Shown here piece by piece: positions 11,010-19,709 of a stretch of DNA of 64,000 nucleotides. The translations under genes and the position numbers were made by a program. A model generated the notes under the pieces. That model did no database searches and was not told the DNA's origin. It worked only from the letters and a program-made list of their open reading frames with translations. The number at the start of each line of letters is the position of its first letter. The first letter of the stretch is position 1. Location of the stretch: NCBI GenBank assembly GCA_902555055.1, contig CACDQN010000003.1:15860-79859 (forward strand), given 5' to 3'. The DNA is from an uncultured Candidatus Actinomarina sp. (GTDB taxonomy: Bacteria > Actinomycetota > Acidimicrobiia > Actinomarinales > Actinomarinaceae).

Positions 11010-11260
11010 TGTCAAAAACTAAAGCTGGTGGTTCAACTAGGAACGGTAGAGATTCAGAGTCCAAACGACTTGGTACTAAAGTTTATGATGGAGAAAAAAT
11101 TACTGCAGGATCTATTGTTGTAAGACAAAGAGGTACTAAAATTCATCCAGGTGAAAATGTTTCTAAAGGTGGAGATGATACTTTATTTGCAAAGGCAGAT
11201 GGTGTTATTAAGTTTTCGACAAGAAATGGCCGAAAATTAATTAATGTAATTCCGCAATGA
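11009..11260 (+). CDS. rpmA: 50S ribosomal protein L27
   Basis: [18 protein letters not shown] and [11 protein letters not shown] signatures. TAATG overlap with rplU. Confidence 0.95.
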   Translation: MSKTKAGGSTRNGRDSESKRLGTKVYDGEKITAGSIVVRQRGTKIHPGENVSKGGDDTLFAKADGVIKFSTRNGRKLINVIPQ

Positions 11261-11264
11261 ACTT

Positions 11265-12464
11265 ATGTTCGTTGATGAAATCAATCTAACAGTTCTTTCT
11301 GGAGCTGGTGGATCAGGCTCAGTAAGTTTTAAAAATAGTTCTATTAAGTCATCACCCAACGGAGGTTCTGGAGGTACAGGCGGCTCAATAAAAATAAAAG
11401 TTAATTCTGAACTACACGATCTGTCTCATATAATTTCAAATAGTTCACTTAAAGCAGAAAATGGATCCGATGGAAATAAAAATTTTCAAAATGGAAAAAA
11501 TGGTGAAGATCTAACTATAGAAGTACCAAGTGGAACTCAAGTTTTTGTTGAAAATGAACTCTATGCAGACTTACATGAAAGAGGTTCTACCTATAATGTC
11601 ATCGATGGTTCAAGATCGGGTAGAGGAAATTTTGATCTCATTTCTAAAAGAAATCCTAACCCGCAAATTTGTGAACAGGGTCAAAAAAGACAAAAATTAA
11701 ACATAAAACTTTTATATTCTATATATTCAGATCTAGCAATAATTGGACTTCCTAACGCTGGTAAAAGTACGCTTATATCTCAATTAACAAACTCTAAAGC
11801 AAAGATTGGTGATTATGAATTTACCACAATTACTCCAAACTTAGGTATCTTAAATAATTCAGACTTTAAATTAAAAATTTGTGATCTTCCTGGATTAATT
11901 AAGGGTGCATCTGAAGGAATAGGTATGGGTAACAAGGTTCTCAAACACTTAAGAAATACAAAAACTATAGTTTATTTATTAGATCCATTAAATGAACAAT
12001 ATTCTTTAAATGAACAAATTAATTTGTTGAATCATGAAATTGAAGAATTTGATAAGAGCCTTTGTAAAATCCCAGTTATTAAAGTTGTAAATAAATCAGA
12101 TGCAATTGAAGAAGATGATGATAGTTATGTTTATATTTCTGCAATTCAAGCTGAAGGTTTAAATAAACTTATAAAAAATATTGAAGAAACATATAATAAA
12201 GGCTCTAAAAGAATTTATGAAGACTTTCAAAAAATAACAATTAATTCTGACAATTTGAATATCTCTTATGAAGAAAATAAGTTTACATGTACCGGTTCAA
12301 TTGTTGAATATATAATTGGCATATCAGGAAGTAGTGAGGAAGTAAATAATGAAATTTTTTATAGATATGAAAAATCTACAATTCCTGAAAAACTTCAAGA
12401 AGAAGGTATACAAAATGGTGATACTGTAGTGTTGGGAAACTTAGAGTTTGAATACAAAAAATAA
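11265..12464 (+). CDS. obg: GTPase Obg/CgtA
   Basis: MFVDE start and Gly-rich Obg fold (GAGGSGSVSF, GGSGGTGG). G1 GLPNAGKST, G3 DLPG, G4 NKSD. C-terminal domain ends GDTVVLGNLEFEY. Confidence 0.95.
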   Translation: MFVDEINLTVLSGAGGSGSVSFKNSSIKSSPNGGSGGTGGSIKIKVNSELHDLSHIISNSSLKAENGSDGNKNFQNGKNGEDLTIEVPSGTQVFVENELYADLHERGSTYNVIDGSRSGRGNFDLISKRNPNPQICEQGQKRQKLNIKLLYSIYSDLAIIGLPNAGKSTLISQLTNSKAKIGDYEFTTITPNLGILNNSDFKLKICDLPGLIKGASEGIGMGNKVLKHLRNTKTIVYLLDPLNEQYSLNEQINLLNHEIEEFDKSLCKIPVIKVVNKSDAIEEDDDSYVYISAIQAEGLNKLIKNIEETYNKGSKRIYEDFQKITINSDNLNISYEENKFTCTGSIVEYIIGISGSSEEVNNEIFYRYEKSTIPEKLQEEGIQNGDTVVLGNLEFEYKK

Positions 12465-13494
12465 AAAAACGTTTGTTATAAAAATAGGTACAACTTCTTT
12501 AATAAAAGAAGGCAAGTTAATGGAATCCTTAGTTGTTTCTTTAGCTCAAAAAATTAAAAACCTTCAAGATACACATAATTTCGTAATAGTTACTTCTGGT
12601 GCTGTTAGCTTAGGAGCACACGAATTGGGCTATAAAACTAGACCTACCTCAATGAAGAAACTTCAAGTAGCATCTTCGGTTGGACAAATAAAGTTAATTA
12701 ATGAATATCAAACAATTTTTAATAAAAATAATTTAAAGATTGCACAAGTTTTGATTACAAAAAATCTAATTGACGATAGGGAACAATTTATCAATACCAC
12801 TCAAGCTTTAAATGAGTTATTATCTCAAAACATTATTCCAGTAATTAACGAAAATGACATTGTTGCTACTGAAGAATTAAAATTTGGTGATAATGACCGT
12901 TTATCAGCAATAGTATCAATTATAGTTAACGCATCAAAGCTTTTGATTATTACCAATAAAGAAGGTTTGTACGATTTTAATCCAGATAAAAATTCTGATG
13001 CAAAAGTTATTGATTTTATTCAGTATGACTCCTCACAACTTACTGATCTTATTCCTATATCTGGACATGGGGAAGGCCAAGGAGGTTTTTCAACAAAAAT
13101 AATGGCAGCTCAGATAGCTGGATTTTCTGGCATTCCTACCCAAATTATTTCATGGTCTGAGGAGAATATTACAAAAGCTATAAATGGGGAACAAGTTGGC
13201 ACTTTGATTTTAGAATCAGAGAACAAAATAAGATTAAAAAAATTATGGATTGCCTATGGAATGAGAGCAGTATCAAGAGTGATCATAGATGAAGGAGCAT
13301 ATCAAGCTTTAAAAAACGACGCTTCTCTATTATTTTCTGGAGTAATAAAAATTGAAAATAAATTTAATGTCAATGATGGTATAGAAATAGTTTTTAATGA
13401 AGAAATAGTTGCAAAGGGTTTAGCTAAAACAGATTCTGATGATGAATCTGAAAATGGTGTTTTAATTCATAAAGATGACTTAATTATTTTGTAA
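12448..13494 (+). CDS. proB: Glutamate 5-kinase
   Basis: Amino-acid-kinase motifs FVIKIGTTSL and FGDNDRLSA, with a C-terminal PUA-like region. 17-bp overlap with obg. Confidence 0.9.
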   Translation: MNTKNKKTFVIKIGTTSLIKEGKLMESLVVSLAQKIKNLQDTHNFVIVTSGAVSLGAHELGYKTRPTSMKKLQVASSVGQIKLINEYQTIFNKNNLKIAQVLITKNLIDDREQFINTTQALNELLSQNIIPVINENDIVATEELKFGDNDRLSAIVSIIVNASKLLIITNKEGLYDFNPDKNSDAKVIDFIQYDSSQLTDLIPISGHGEGQGGFSTKIMAAQIAGFSGIPTQIISWSEENITKAINGEQVGTLILESENKIRLKKLWIAYGMRAVSRVIIDEGAYQALKNDASLLFSGVIKIENKFNVNDGIEIVFNEEIVAKGLAKTDSDDESENGVLIHKDDLIIL

Positions 13495-13533
13495 ATAATT
13501 TTACTAATAAGAAATCTTAATTAACCTTTATAT

Positions 13534-14775
13534 ATGTTTAATGAAATCGGAATCAATGCTCAAAAAGCTTCTAAAGTAATAGCAAGTTTGAGCACAGACG
13601 AAAAGAACACAGTTCTTTATGATATGTCTCAAGAGTTGTTAGATAACACAGATAGCATACTTTCTTCAAATAAATTAGACTTAGAAAATTCACAAGAACT
13701 AGAGCTTTCAACCGCCCTAATTGATAGATTAACTCTTAATGAAGATCGAATAATAGGAATGTCTAATGGTTTGCAAAAAATTATCCCTCTACCCGATCCA
13801 GTAGGGGAAGTTACAAAAGAATGGGAGTCAGAAGATGGATTGATGATTAGTAAAGTAAGAAATCCATTTGGGGTAATTGGCGTCATATATGAAGCACGTC
13901 CAAATGTTACTAGTGATGTTTCTGGGCTTTGTTTGAAATCTGGTAATTCAGTTATTTTAAGAGGTTCAAGCTATTGTCTAGATTCAAATAAAGCAATATT
14001 ACAAGTACTTCAGAATGCACTAGAAAAAAATAATTTGGATAAAAATATAGTTCAACTTATAGATAGTAGGGATCGTGAAGATACTCTAAAATTTATGCAA
14101 ATGACAGATTATATCGACCTAATCGTTCCTAGAGGTGGAAAAAGTCTTATAAATGCTTTAGTTGAAAATGCCAAAGTTCCATTCATACTTGATGGAGATG
14201 GAAATGTTCATCTTTATGTACACTCTGATGCAAAAAGAAGTGACATTATAGATATAGTTCTTAATTCAAAAGTTCAAAGACCTGGAGTCTGTAATGCATT
14301 GGAGACTCTAATTATTCATAATGAGATTTTTGAAGAAATGGGTGATGAGATTATTAAATCCTTACTTGATGCAGATGTAGAATTGTTTCTTGATAAAAAA
14401 ATAGCAAGTAGGTATGAAAATATCGAAGAAGCAACTAATTTGCATTATGAAACTGAATTTCATGATTTAAAACTAGCAATTAAAATTGTAGATGATATCA
14501 ATGAAGCTATAAATCATATAAATCTATTTTCTTCAGGTCACACTGAATCTATACTTACAGAATCTGATGACAGTGCAGAACTTTTTACAAGTTCAATTGA
14601 TTCATCTGTACTTTTCGTAAACGCTTCTACAAGATTTACAGATGGGGAGATGTTTGGGTTTGGAGCTGAAATTGGAATAAGTACTCAAAAATTACATGTT
14701 CGAGGTCCAATGGGTCTTGAAGCTCTGACATCAGAAAAATATGTTGTTAAAGGAAATGGGACTATAAGAAAATGA
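13534..14775 (+). CDS. proA: Gamma-glutamyl phosphate reductase
   Basis: Aldehyde-dehydrogenase fold with the catalytic Cys in VCNALETLIIH, plus a GHTESI block. Follows proB. Confidence 0.9.
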   Translation: MFNEIGINAQKASKVIASLSTDEKNTVLYDMSQELLDNTDSILSSNKLDLENSQELELSTALIDRLTLNEDRIIGMSNGLQKIIPLPDPVGEVTKEWESEDGLMISKVRNPFGVIGVIYEARPNVTSDVSGLCLKSGNSVILRGSSYCLDSNKAILQVLQNALEKNNLDKNIVQLIDSRDREDTLKFMQMTDYIDLIVPRGGKSLINALVENAKVPFILDGDGNVHLYVHSDAKRSDIIDIVLNSKVQRPGVCNALETLIIHNEIFEEMGDEIIKSLLDADVELFLDKKIASRYENIEEATNLHYETEFHDLKLAIKIVDDINEAINHINLFSSGHTESILTESDDSAELFTSSIDSSVLFVNASTRFTDGEMFGFGAEIGISTQKLHVRGPMGLEALTSEKYVVKGNGTIRK

Positions 14776-15599
14776 ATCTTTCAAAAATCGATATTAAAGA
14801 ATTTGAAAAACATAATTATTTTGCGACCAAAGATCTAGTGGATGTTATTAATGCTGCAATGTTTCTCCATAAGCCTTTATTAATAGAAGGCCCTGCAGGA
14901 ACGGGTAAAACTTATTTAGCAAAAACACTATCTAAATTACTTCAAAAAGAACTCATTAGACTCCAATGTCATGAGGGTATTGATGAAGATAAAGCTATTT
15001 ATGAATGGAATTATAAGAAACAGCTTTTATCAATACAAAATGAGAAAAATGAAAAAGACTTATTTACAGAAGAATACCTTATAGAAAGACCAATTCTACA
15101 GTCAATTAAAAACGATAACTGTGTTTTTTTAGTTGATGAAGTTGATCGATCTGATGAAGAATTTGAAGCATTACTCCTTGAAGTTTTAGCTGAAAATCAA
15201 GTTACGATTCCAGAACTTGGAACTATTGTTGGTAAAGGTAGTAACTTAACAATCCTTACCTCAAATGCCACACGAGAATTATCTGAAGCTTTAAGAAGAA
15301 GGTGTATTTATTTTTATCTAGATTACCCATCCGTTGAGATAGAGACAAAGGTTATATTAAATAATGTAAATTCAATTTCTGAAGATAAAGCAAAGAAGTA
15401 CTCACTTTTCAGTGCATTTCTCAGAAAACTTAATTTAAATAAACCACCATCTCTAATAGAAACAGTTGAATGGGTGAAATATAATCATGAAAATAATTAT
15501 GACCAATTAGATTCAAATATCGGAATTCTAATTAAAGATAATGAAGATCAGGCAACATATACAGAAAAAATAAAACAAGATAATGAATTTAAAAACTGA
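14772..15599 (+). CDS. MoxR/CoxD-type AAA+ ATPase
   Basis: Walker A GPAGTGKT, Walker B VFLVDEVD, and LRRRCIYFYLDYP near the end of the AAA module. 275 aa with a single AAA+ domain. ATGA overlap with proA. Confidence 0.8.
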   Translation: MNLSKIDIKEFEKHNYFATKDLVDVINAAMFLHKPLLIEGPAGTGKTYLAKTLSKLLQKELIRLQCHEGIDEDKAIYEWNYKKQLLSIQNEKNEKDLFTEEYLIERPILQSIKNDNCVFLVDEVDRSDEEFEALLLEVLAENQVTIPELGTIVGKGSNLTILTSNATRELSEALRRRCIYFYLDYPSVEIETKVILNNVNSISEDKAKKYSLFSAFLRKLNLNKPPSLIETVEWVKYNHENNYDQLDSNIGILIKDNEDQATYTEKIKQDNEFKN

Positions 15600-16932
15600 T
15601 GATGTTATAAATTTTTCGTCTATCTGTAAAAAAAATAATTTACAATTTCCTTCTGAAAGATTCAGTGATTTAATTAATTATTTAAACATACAAAACCTTG
15701 AGACTGTTAGTGATGAATTACAAATTATGTATCATTTACTTCCAACCAATAAGAATGAGAAAGAAAAATTAAAAGATTTAATTAGTCAGTATTTCGGGTA
15801 TGTTATAAAACAGGAAAGACTAGAGTTTATTGATTTAGATCAGTATAAAGAAAAAAATAATTTTGATAATATTACAGATGATGTAAATACTAGATTTCAC
15901 AATATATCAAAAGATATTCTTAACAATTTTGGTGAAATTGATTTTAGTAGACCAGTTTCAAATATGTATTGGTTAAACCAGATTAAGAAATCTCAGGTTT
16001 ATGAAAATGAAATTTCATTCTTTAATATTTCATTTGAAACTGAGCTTGACCAGATTGTAAATAGTCAAAATAAAGAGAACTTTACTAACAACTTGGATAT
16101 GAAATTACTTGAATTAATTCAGGAGATGAGGAATCAATTTAAAGATTCATATATGCCAAATGAGTTAAGCCAAAAAGAAAATCTTGAAGAAACAGATTTT
16201 CTATATACAAATAATGATGAAAGAAATAAATTACTCAAAGAAACTAAAATTCTTGGCATGATGTTAGCTAATAAATTTATAAAACACTCTAACTCTTTAT
16301 CTAAAGGTAAATTAAATCTAAGAAAAACAATTAGAAAGTCATTACAAAATGGTGGCTCATTATATAGTACAGTTTTTAAACCAAGGGTAAAAAAGAAACC
16401 AAGGTTAATTTTAATGTGTGACATCAGTGGATCAATGGCTCTGTATTCATTGTTTGGCTTAACTTTATTATTTGGAGTAGTTCAAAGATTTAGATCAGTT
16501 AAAGCATTTGTATTTATTGATGGCTTAACGGAAGTTACAAAAGATTTACAAAAAATGAAAATTAATAATATCAAACATATTTTAAATAATTGGAATAGTT
16601 ATGTAAAAGCTGACGGTCACTCAGACTACCAGCGTTCTTTTGATGAGCTTTTGCATAATAAAAAAGTTATTAATTCTTCTATGAATTCTTTACTTGTAAT
16701 TGGTGATGCTAGAAATAACTATAGGTCCATATCTGAAGATACAATACATAAATTATCTAAAACTTTTGATAGTATTTATTGGATGAATCCAGAGCGAAAG
16801 CAATATTGGAATACTGGTGATAGTAGATTTATGGATTTTCAAAATATAATTGAACATTACAGTGAGGTTAGAACATTTACTCAGCTTAAAGAATTTACTA
16901 AAAAAATTAATTTTAAAAAGGTAATTAAATGA
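15583..16932 (+). CDS. VWA-domain protein, CoxE-like partner of the MoxR ATPase
   Basis: C-terminal VWA domain with MIDAS DxSxS (LILMCDISGSM) followed by RFRSVKAFVFIDGLTEVT. The N-terminal ~270 aa are N/K/E-rich with no recognisable motif. 17-bp overlap with the ATPase gene. Confidence 0.75.
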   Translation: MNLKTDDVINFSSICKKNNLQFPSERFSDLINYLNIQNLETVSDELQIMYHLLPTNKNEKEKLKDLISQYFGYVIKQERLEFIDLDQYKEKNNFDNITDDVNTRFHNISKDILNNFGEIDFSRPVSNMYWLNQIKKSQVYENEISFFNISFETELDQIVNSQNKENFTNNLDMKLLELIQEMRNQFKDSYMPNELSQKENLEETDFLYTNNDERNKLLKETKILGMMLANKFIKHSNSLSKGKLNLRKTIRKSLQNGGSLYSTVFKPRVKKKPRLILMCDISGSMALYSLFGLTLLFGVVQRFRSVKAFVFIDGLTEVTKDLQKMKINNIKHILNNWNSYVKADGHSDYQRSFDELLHNKKVINSSMNSLLVIGDARNNYRSISEDTIHKLSKTFDSIYWMNPERKQYWNTGDSRFMDFQNIIEHYSEVRTFTQLKEFTKKINFKKVIK

Positions 16933-17495
16933 AAAAGATAGGAATTCTTGGTGGAACTTTTGACCCCCCTCATAATGCTCATCTTGAAATTGCTGAGAGA
17001 TCTATAAAGCAATTCGATTTAGATAAAGTAATTTTTTTACCCTCTGGAAATCCGTGGCAAAAGAAAGATTCTACATCGTTTATTCATAGATTTGAAATGA
17101 CAAAAAAATTAATAGAGGGTTCCAATTTTTTTGAAATAAGTGATATTGAGAAATCAGAAGATGTTCCTTCCTACACAGTTGACACACTTACCAAATTTAA
17201 TTATAAAAAAGATAATTTATATTTTATTCTCGGATCCGATACTGCTATGAATATAAAGACTTGGAATAATTATGAAAAATTATTAAATCTTACTAGTTTT
17301 TTAATTGCTCTAAGAAGGGAAGATAACATAAAGGATTTAAATGAAAACTTTCCTTTCGATTATAAAATAATTGATGGTGAGAAATTAGATTTAAGTTCTA
17401 CTTCTATAAGGGAAAAGCTGGAAAATAGTATATTTGATGAAAATGATATTCCATTAAAAATAATTAGTTACATAAAAGCGAATGATATTTATTAA
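16929..17495 (+). CDS. nadD: Nicotinate-nucleotide adenylyltransferase
   Basis: GGTFDPPHNAH nucleotidyltransferase motif and C-terminal LSSTSIREKL (ISST.IR-like). ATGA overlap with the VWA gene. Confidence 0.9.
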   Translation: MKKIGILGGTFDPPHNAHLEIAERSIKQFDLDKVIFLPSGNPWQKKDSTSFIHRFEMTKKLIEGSNFFEISDIEKSEDVPSYTVDTLTKFNYKKDNLYFILGSDTAMNIKTWNNYEKLLNLTSFLIALRREDNIKDLNENFPFDYKIIDGEKLDLSSTSIREKLENSIFDENDIPLKIISYIKANDIY

Positions 17496-17500
17496 GAAAT

Positions 17501-17962
17501 TTACTCAATTTTTTTATTAATTTGATCTATTTCTTGTTCTAATTCTTCAAGCTTTCCTAAAACACCATCTTCTAATTCTTCAAGCTTTTCTATTTCTTGT
17601 TCTAATTCTTCAAGCTTTTCTAAAACATCATCATTAGTATGATGATCTACATAATTTGCAATGAATTTTGCAGACACAATAGCTGTTACAGTAGCAATTA
17701 ATCCAAGTCCTATAAACATTAAACCAGCTGCTACGATTCTTCCAGTTGTTGTGAGTGGCGTAATGTCACCATAACCAACAGTGGTTACAGTAACTAATGC
17801 CCACCAAATTCCATCACCAAAAGTTTTTATTTGAGGCTCTGTAACATAAAATAAATAGCCAAAAATACAAACAAAAGTTACCAAAGCAAGGAGTATAGTT
17901 CTTAAACGTCGACTATTAAATATAGTTTCAATTAATGCTAAAAAATTTTTAATTCTATTCAA
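17501..17962 (-). CDS. Small 2-TM potassium channel with C-terminal coiled coil
   Basis: TM1, pore helix, TVGYGD selectivity filter and TM2, followed by an acidic heptad tail (KLEELE x3). TTG start preceded by GGGGAAG. Only 5 bp from the convergent nadD stop. Confidence 0.85.
   Translation of the reverse strand: MNRIKNFLALIETIFNSRRLRTILLALVTFVCIFGYLFYVTEPQIKTFGDGIWWALVTVTTVGYGDITPLTTTGRIVAAGLMFIGLGLIATVTAIVSAKFIANYVDHHTNDDVLEKLEELEQEIEKLEELEDGVLGKLEELEQEIDQINKKIE
17527..17633 (-). repeat. In-frame 63-bp tandem duplication inside the channel gene
   Basis: ctatttcttgttctaattcttcaagcttt occurs at 17527 and 17590, and the first ~43 nt of the two copies differ at 2 positions. The sub-motif ttctaattcttcaagcttt occurs 3 times (17537, 17570, 17600). 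It encodes 21-aa (3-heptad) repeats VLEKLEELEQEI.../VLGKLEELEQEI... Confidence 0.8.
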
Positions 17963-18019
17963 ATCTTCCCCATTTATAAGAATAGTGTCTTTATTTTTTA
18001 CATGGTAATATATTTATAA

Positions 18020-18376
18020 GTGTCAAATTTGAAAAAACAAGAATATATTGAATCTTTTTTTACTGAAAATATTTTAAACATCCTTGAAAGTCAAAAATTA
18101 CAAAACATAACAGTATTTAAAGGAAATATTGAATCTAGTCATCAAAAAGTTATCATTGGCACATCTACATCTAATACCCAAATGAATGGAATTGTAAAGA
18201 AAATAAATGAATTCATTTTTGAAAAGTCAAATTTAAATATTGAGGGACAAAATTCCTCTTGGTTGTTGATCGAAGTAAAAGAAATATTAATTCATATTTT
18301 TATGCAAGAGTCAAGAGACTTCTATATGATTGAAGATTTATATTTTGACTGTGAGTTAATTTATCAACAAGGATAA
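18020..18376 (+). CDS. rsfS: Ribosomal silencing factor RsfS (iojap)
   Basis: 118 aa. The core LIEVKEILIHIFMQESRDFYMIEDLY fits the RsfS pattern (R.fY.lE.L). GTG start. Normally the immediate downstream neighbour of nadD. Confidence 0.8.
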   Translation: MSNLKKQEYIESFFTENILNILESQKLQNITVFKGNIESSHQKVIIGTSTSNTQMNGIVKKINEFIFEKSNLNIEGQNSSWLLIEVKEILIHIFMQESRDFYMIEDLYFDCELIYQQG

Positions 18377-18388
18377 TCTTAATTATTA

Positions 18389-18461
<73 letters not shown>

Positions 18462-18470
18462 CACAAGATT

Positions 18471-19676
18471 ATGAAAAATTTTTTATTAGAAACTAAGGAG
18501 CTACTTCTCTCACAATGGGTAATTGCAATTCTTGCAATAATCCAAGTAAGAATAGTGGCTGGAAATTTAGGTCCAGAAATTTACGGCAATATAGGAGTTT
18601 ATTTAGGTTTTGTTGGAATTAGTTTCAGATTGTTGAGTTCAAGAAATTCTGATTTAATTTTAATGAATTATAAATCAACTACTAAAAATTTTTTACAGAG
18701 CTCTTTACTATTTGAGCTTATGTTAGGTTCCATTTCTGTTTTCTTTGTTTTAGGGATTTTTTATTTATATTATGGCTTTATTCCGGAATACCTTTTTTTA
18801 TATTTCTTTACTAGAATTTTTCTAAATTTTCTTGAAGTATTTAAGGGTGTTTTCACCCATGCGGGTAATATGAAGATCTATTCTTATGTTGAAAGCTCAT
18901 CAAATATTGTAAGATTTCTTTTAATTGTGTCATTTATATCTGTTAATCCATCTATAAGTAGTTATTTCTACGCCTTGTCTTTTTATCAGATTTTTGTAAC
19001 AGTTTTAGTTTTATTTTTACTAATGACCAATAACATTAATTCAGGTCCTAAAATGAAGTTTAAAAATTATTTGAATTTGTCAAAAGACAGTTTTTACAAA
19101 ATTAGAACTGATCAAGCAGTTGGCTTAATACCTACCCATCTTGATGTAGTTGTTATTGGTTATTTTTCTAACTATTACTCCGCAGGAGTATACAGAATAG
19201 CTAAAAAACTTGTTGAACCCATAAACTCTCTGATAGTTGCTTTTTCACCATGGATGTTAAACAAAATTGATAAAATAAATAATTACAAGTTTCGTGACTT
19301 AACTCTTAAAATTTTAATTCCTTCCTCGTCAGTTATAGCCTTAGCATATCTCTTTTTTGGTAAACAGCTAATAGAACTCATTGCAGGAAGCGAATTTTCA
19401 GATTCCTATATTCCAATGCTTATATTAGGAGTTGGTTATCTTGCTTATTATTTGACTTTCTGGACTCGGCACTATCTTTTGCTGAACGGCCTGATACTAC
19501 AGCACACAAAAGGAAGAATCGTAAATTTATTTGTCTTCATGACTACCTCTCCATTGTTAATACCCGCTTATGGGTTTAACGGCATCGCTTTATCAGTAAG
19601 TTTAAGTATTCTTTTTCAAAAAATTTATGAAATAAATGCATATTTTAAAAATAGAAATATCAAAAATTATAACTAA
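18471..19676 (+). CDS. Wzx-like oligosaccharide flippase (MOP/Polysacc_synt family)
   Basis: Start moved to ATG 18471 because the track ORF start at 18420 reads through the tRNA. N-terminus ...QVRIVAGNLGPEIYGNIGVY matches the flippase pattern R.LGpe.yG. About 10-12 TM helices. Confidence 0.6.
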   Translation: MKNFLLETKELLLSQWVIAILAIIQVRIVAGNLGPEIYGNIGVYLGFVGISFRLLSSRNSDLILMNYKSTTKNFLQSSLLFELMLGSISVFFVLGIFYLYYGFIPEYLFLYFFTRIFLNFLEVFKGVFTHAGNMKIYSYVESSSNIVRFLLIVSFISVNPSISSYFYALSFYQIFVTVLVLFLLMTNNINSGPKMKFKNYLNLSKDSFYKIRTDQAVGLIPTHLDVVVIGYFSNYYSAGVYRIAKKLVEPINSLIVAFSPWMLNKIDKINNYKFRDLTLKILIPSSSVIALAYLFFGKQLIELIAGSEFSDSYIPMLILGVGYLAYYLTFWTRHYLLLNGLILQHTKGRIVNLFVFMTTSPLLIPAYGFNGIALSVSLSILFQKIYEINAYFKNRNIKNYN

Positions 19677-19709
19677 AAATATATAAATTCATTAGTTAGA
19701 GTTAAAGTA

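Noticed and set aside
14772-16932. The MoxR-VWA pair as a vWA-MoxR type anti-phage/conflict system
   Set aside because: There is no associated effector, STAND or sensor gene. The pair is ATGA-coupled to proA and nadD. The context argues for a housekeeping chaperone role, so it is kept only as an alternative in the finding.
17527-17633. The tandem repeat considered as a possible CRISPR or other non-coding repeat array
   Set aside because: There are only two to three units, they are in frame, they encode heptad repeats of the channel tail, and there are no spacers or cas genes. It is a coding duplication.
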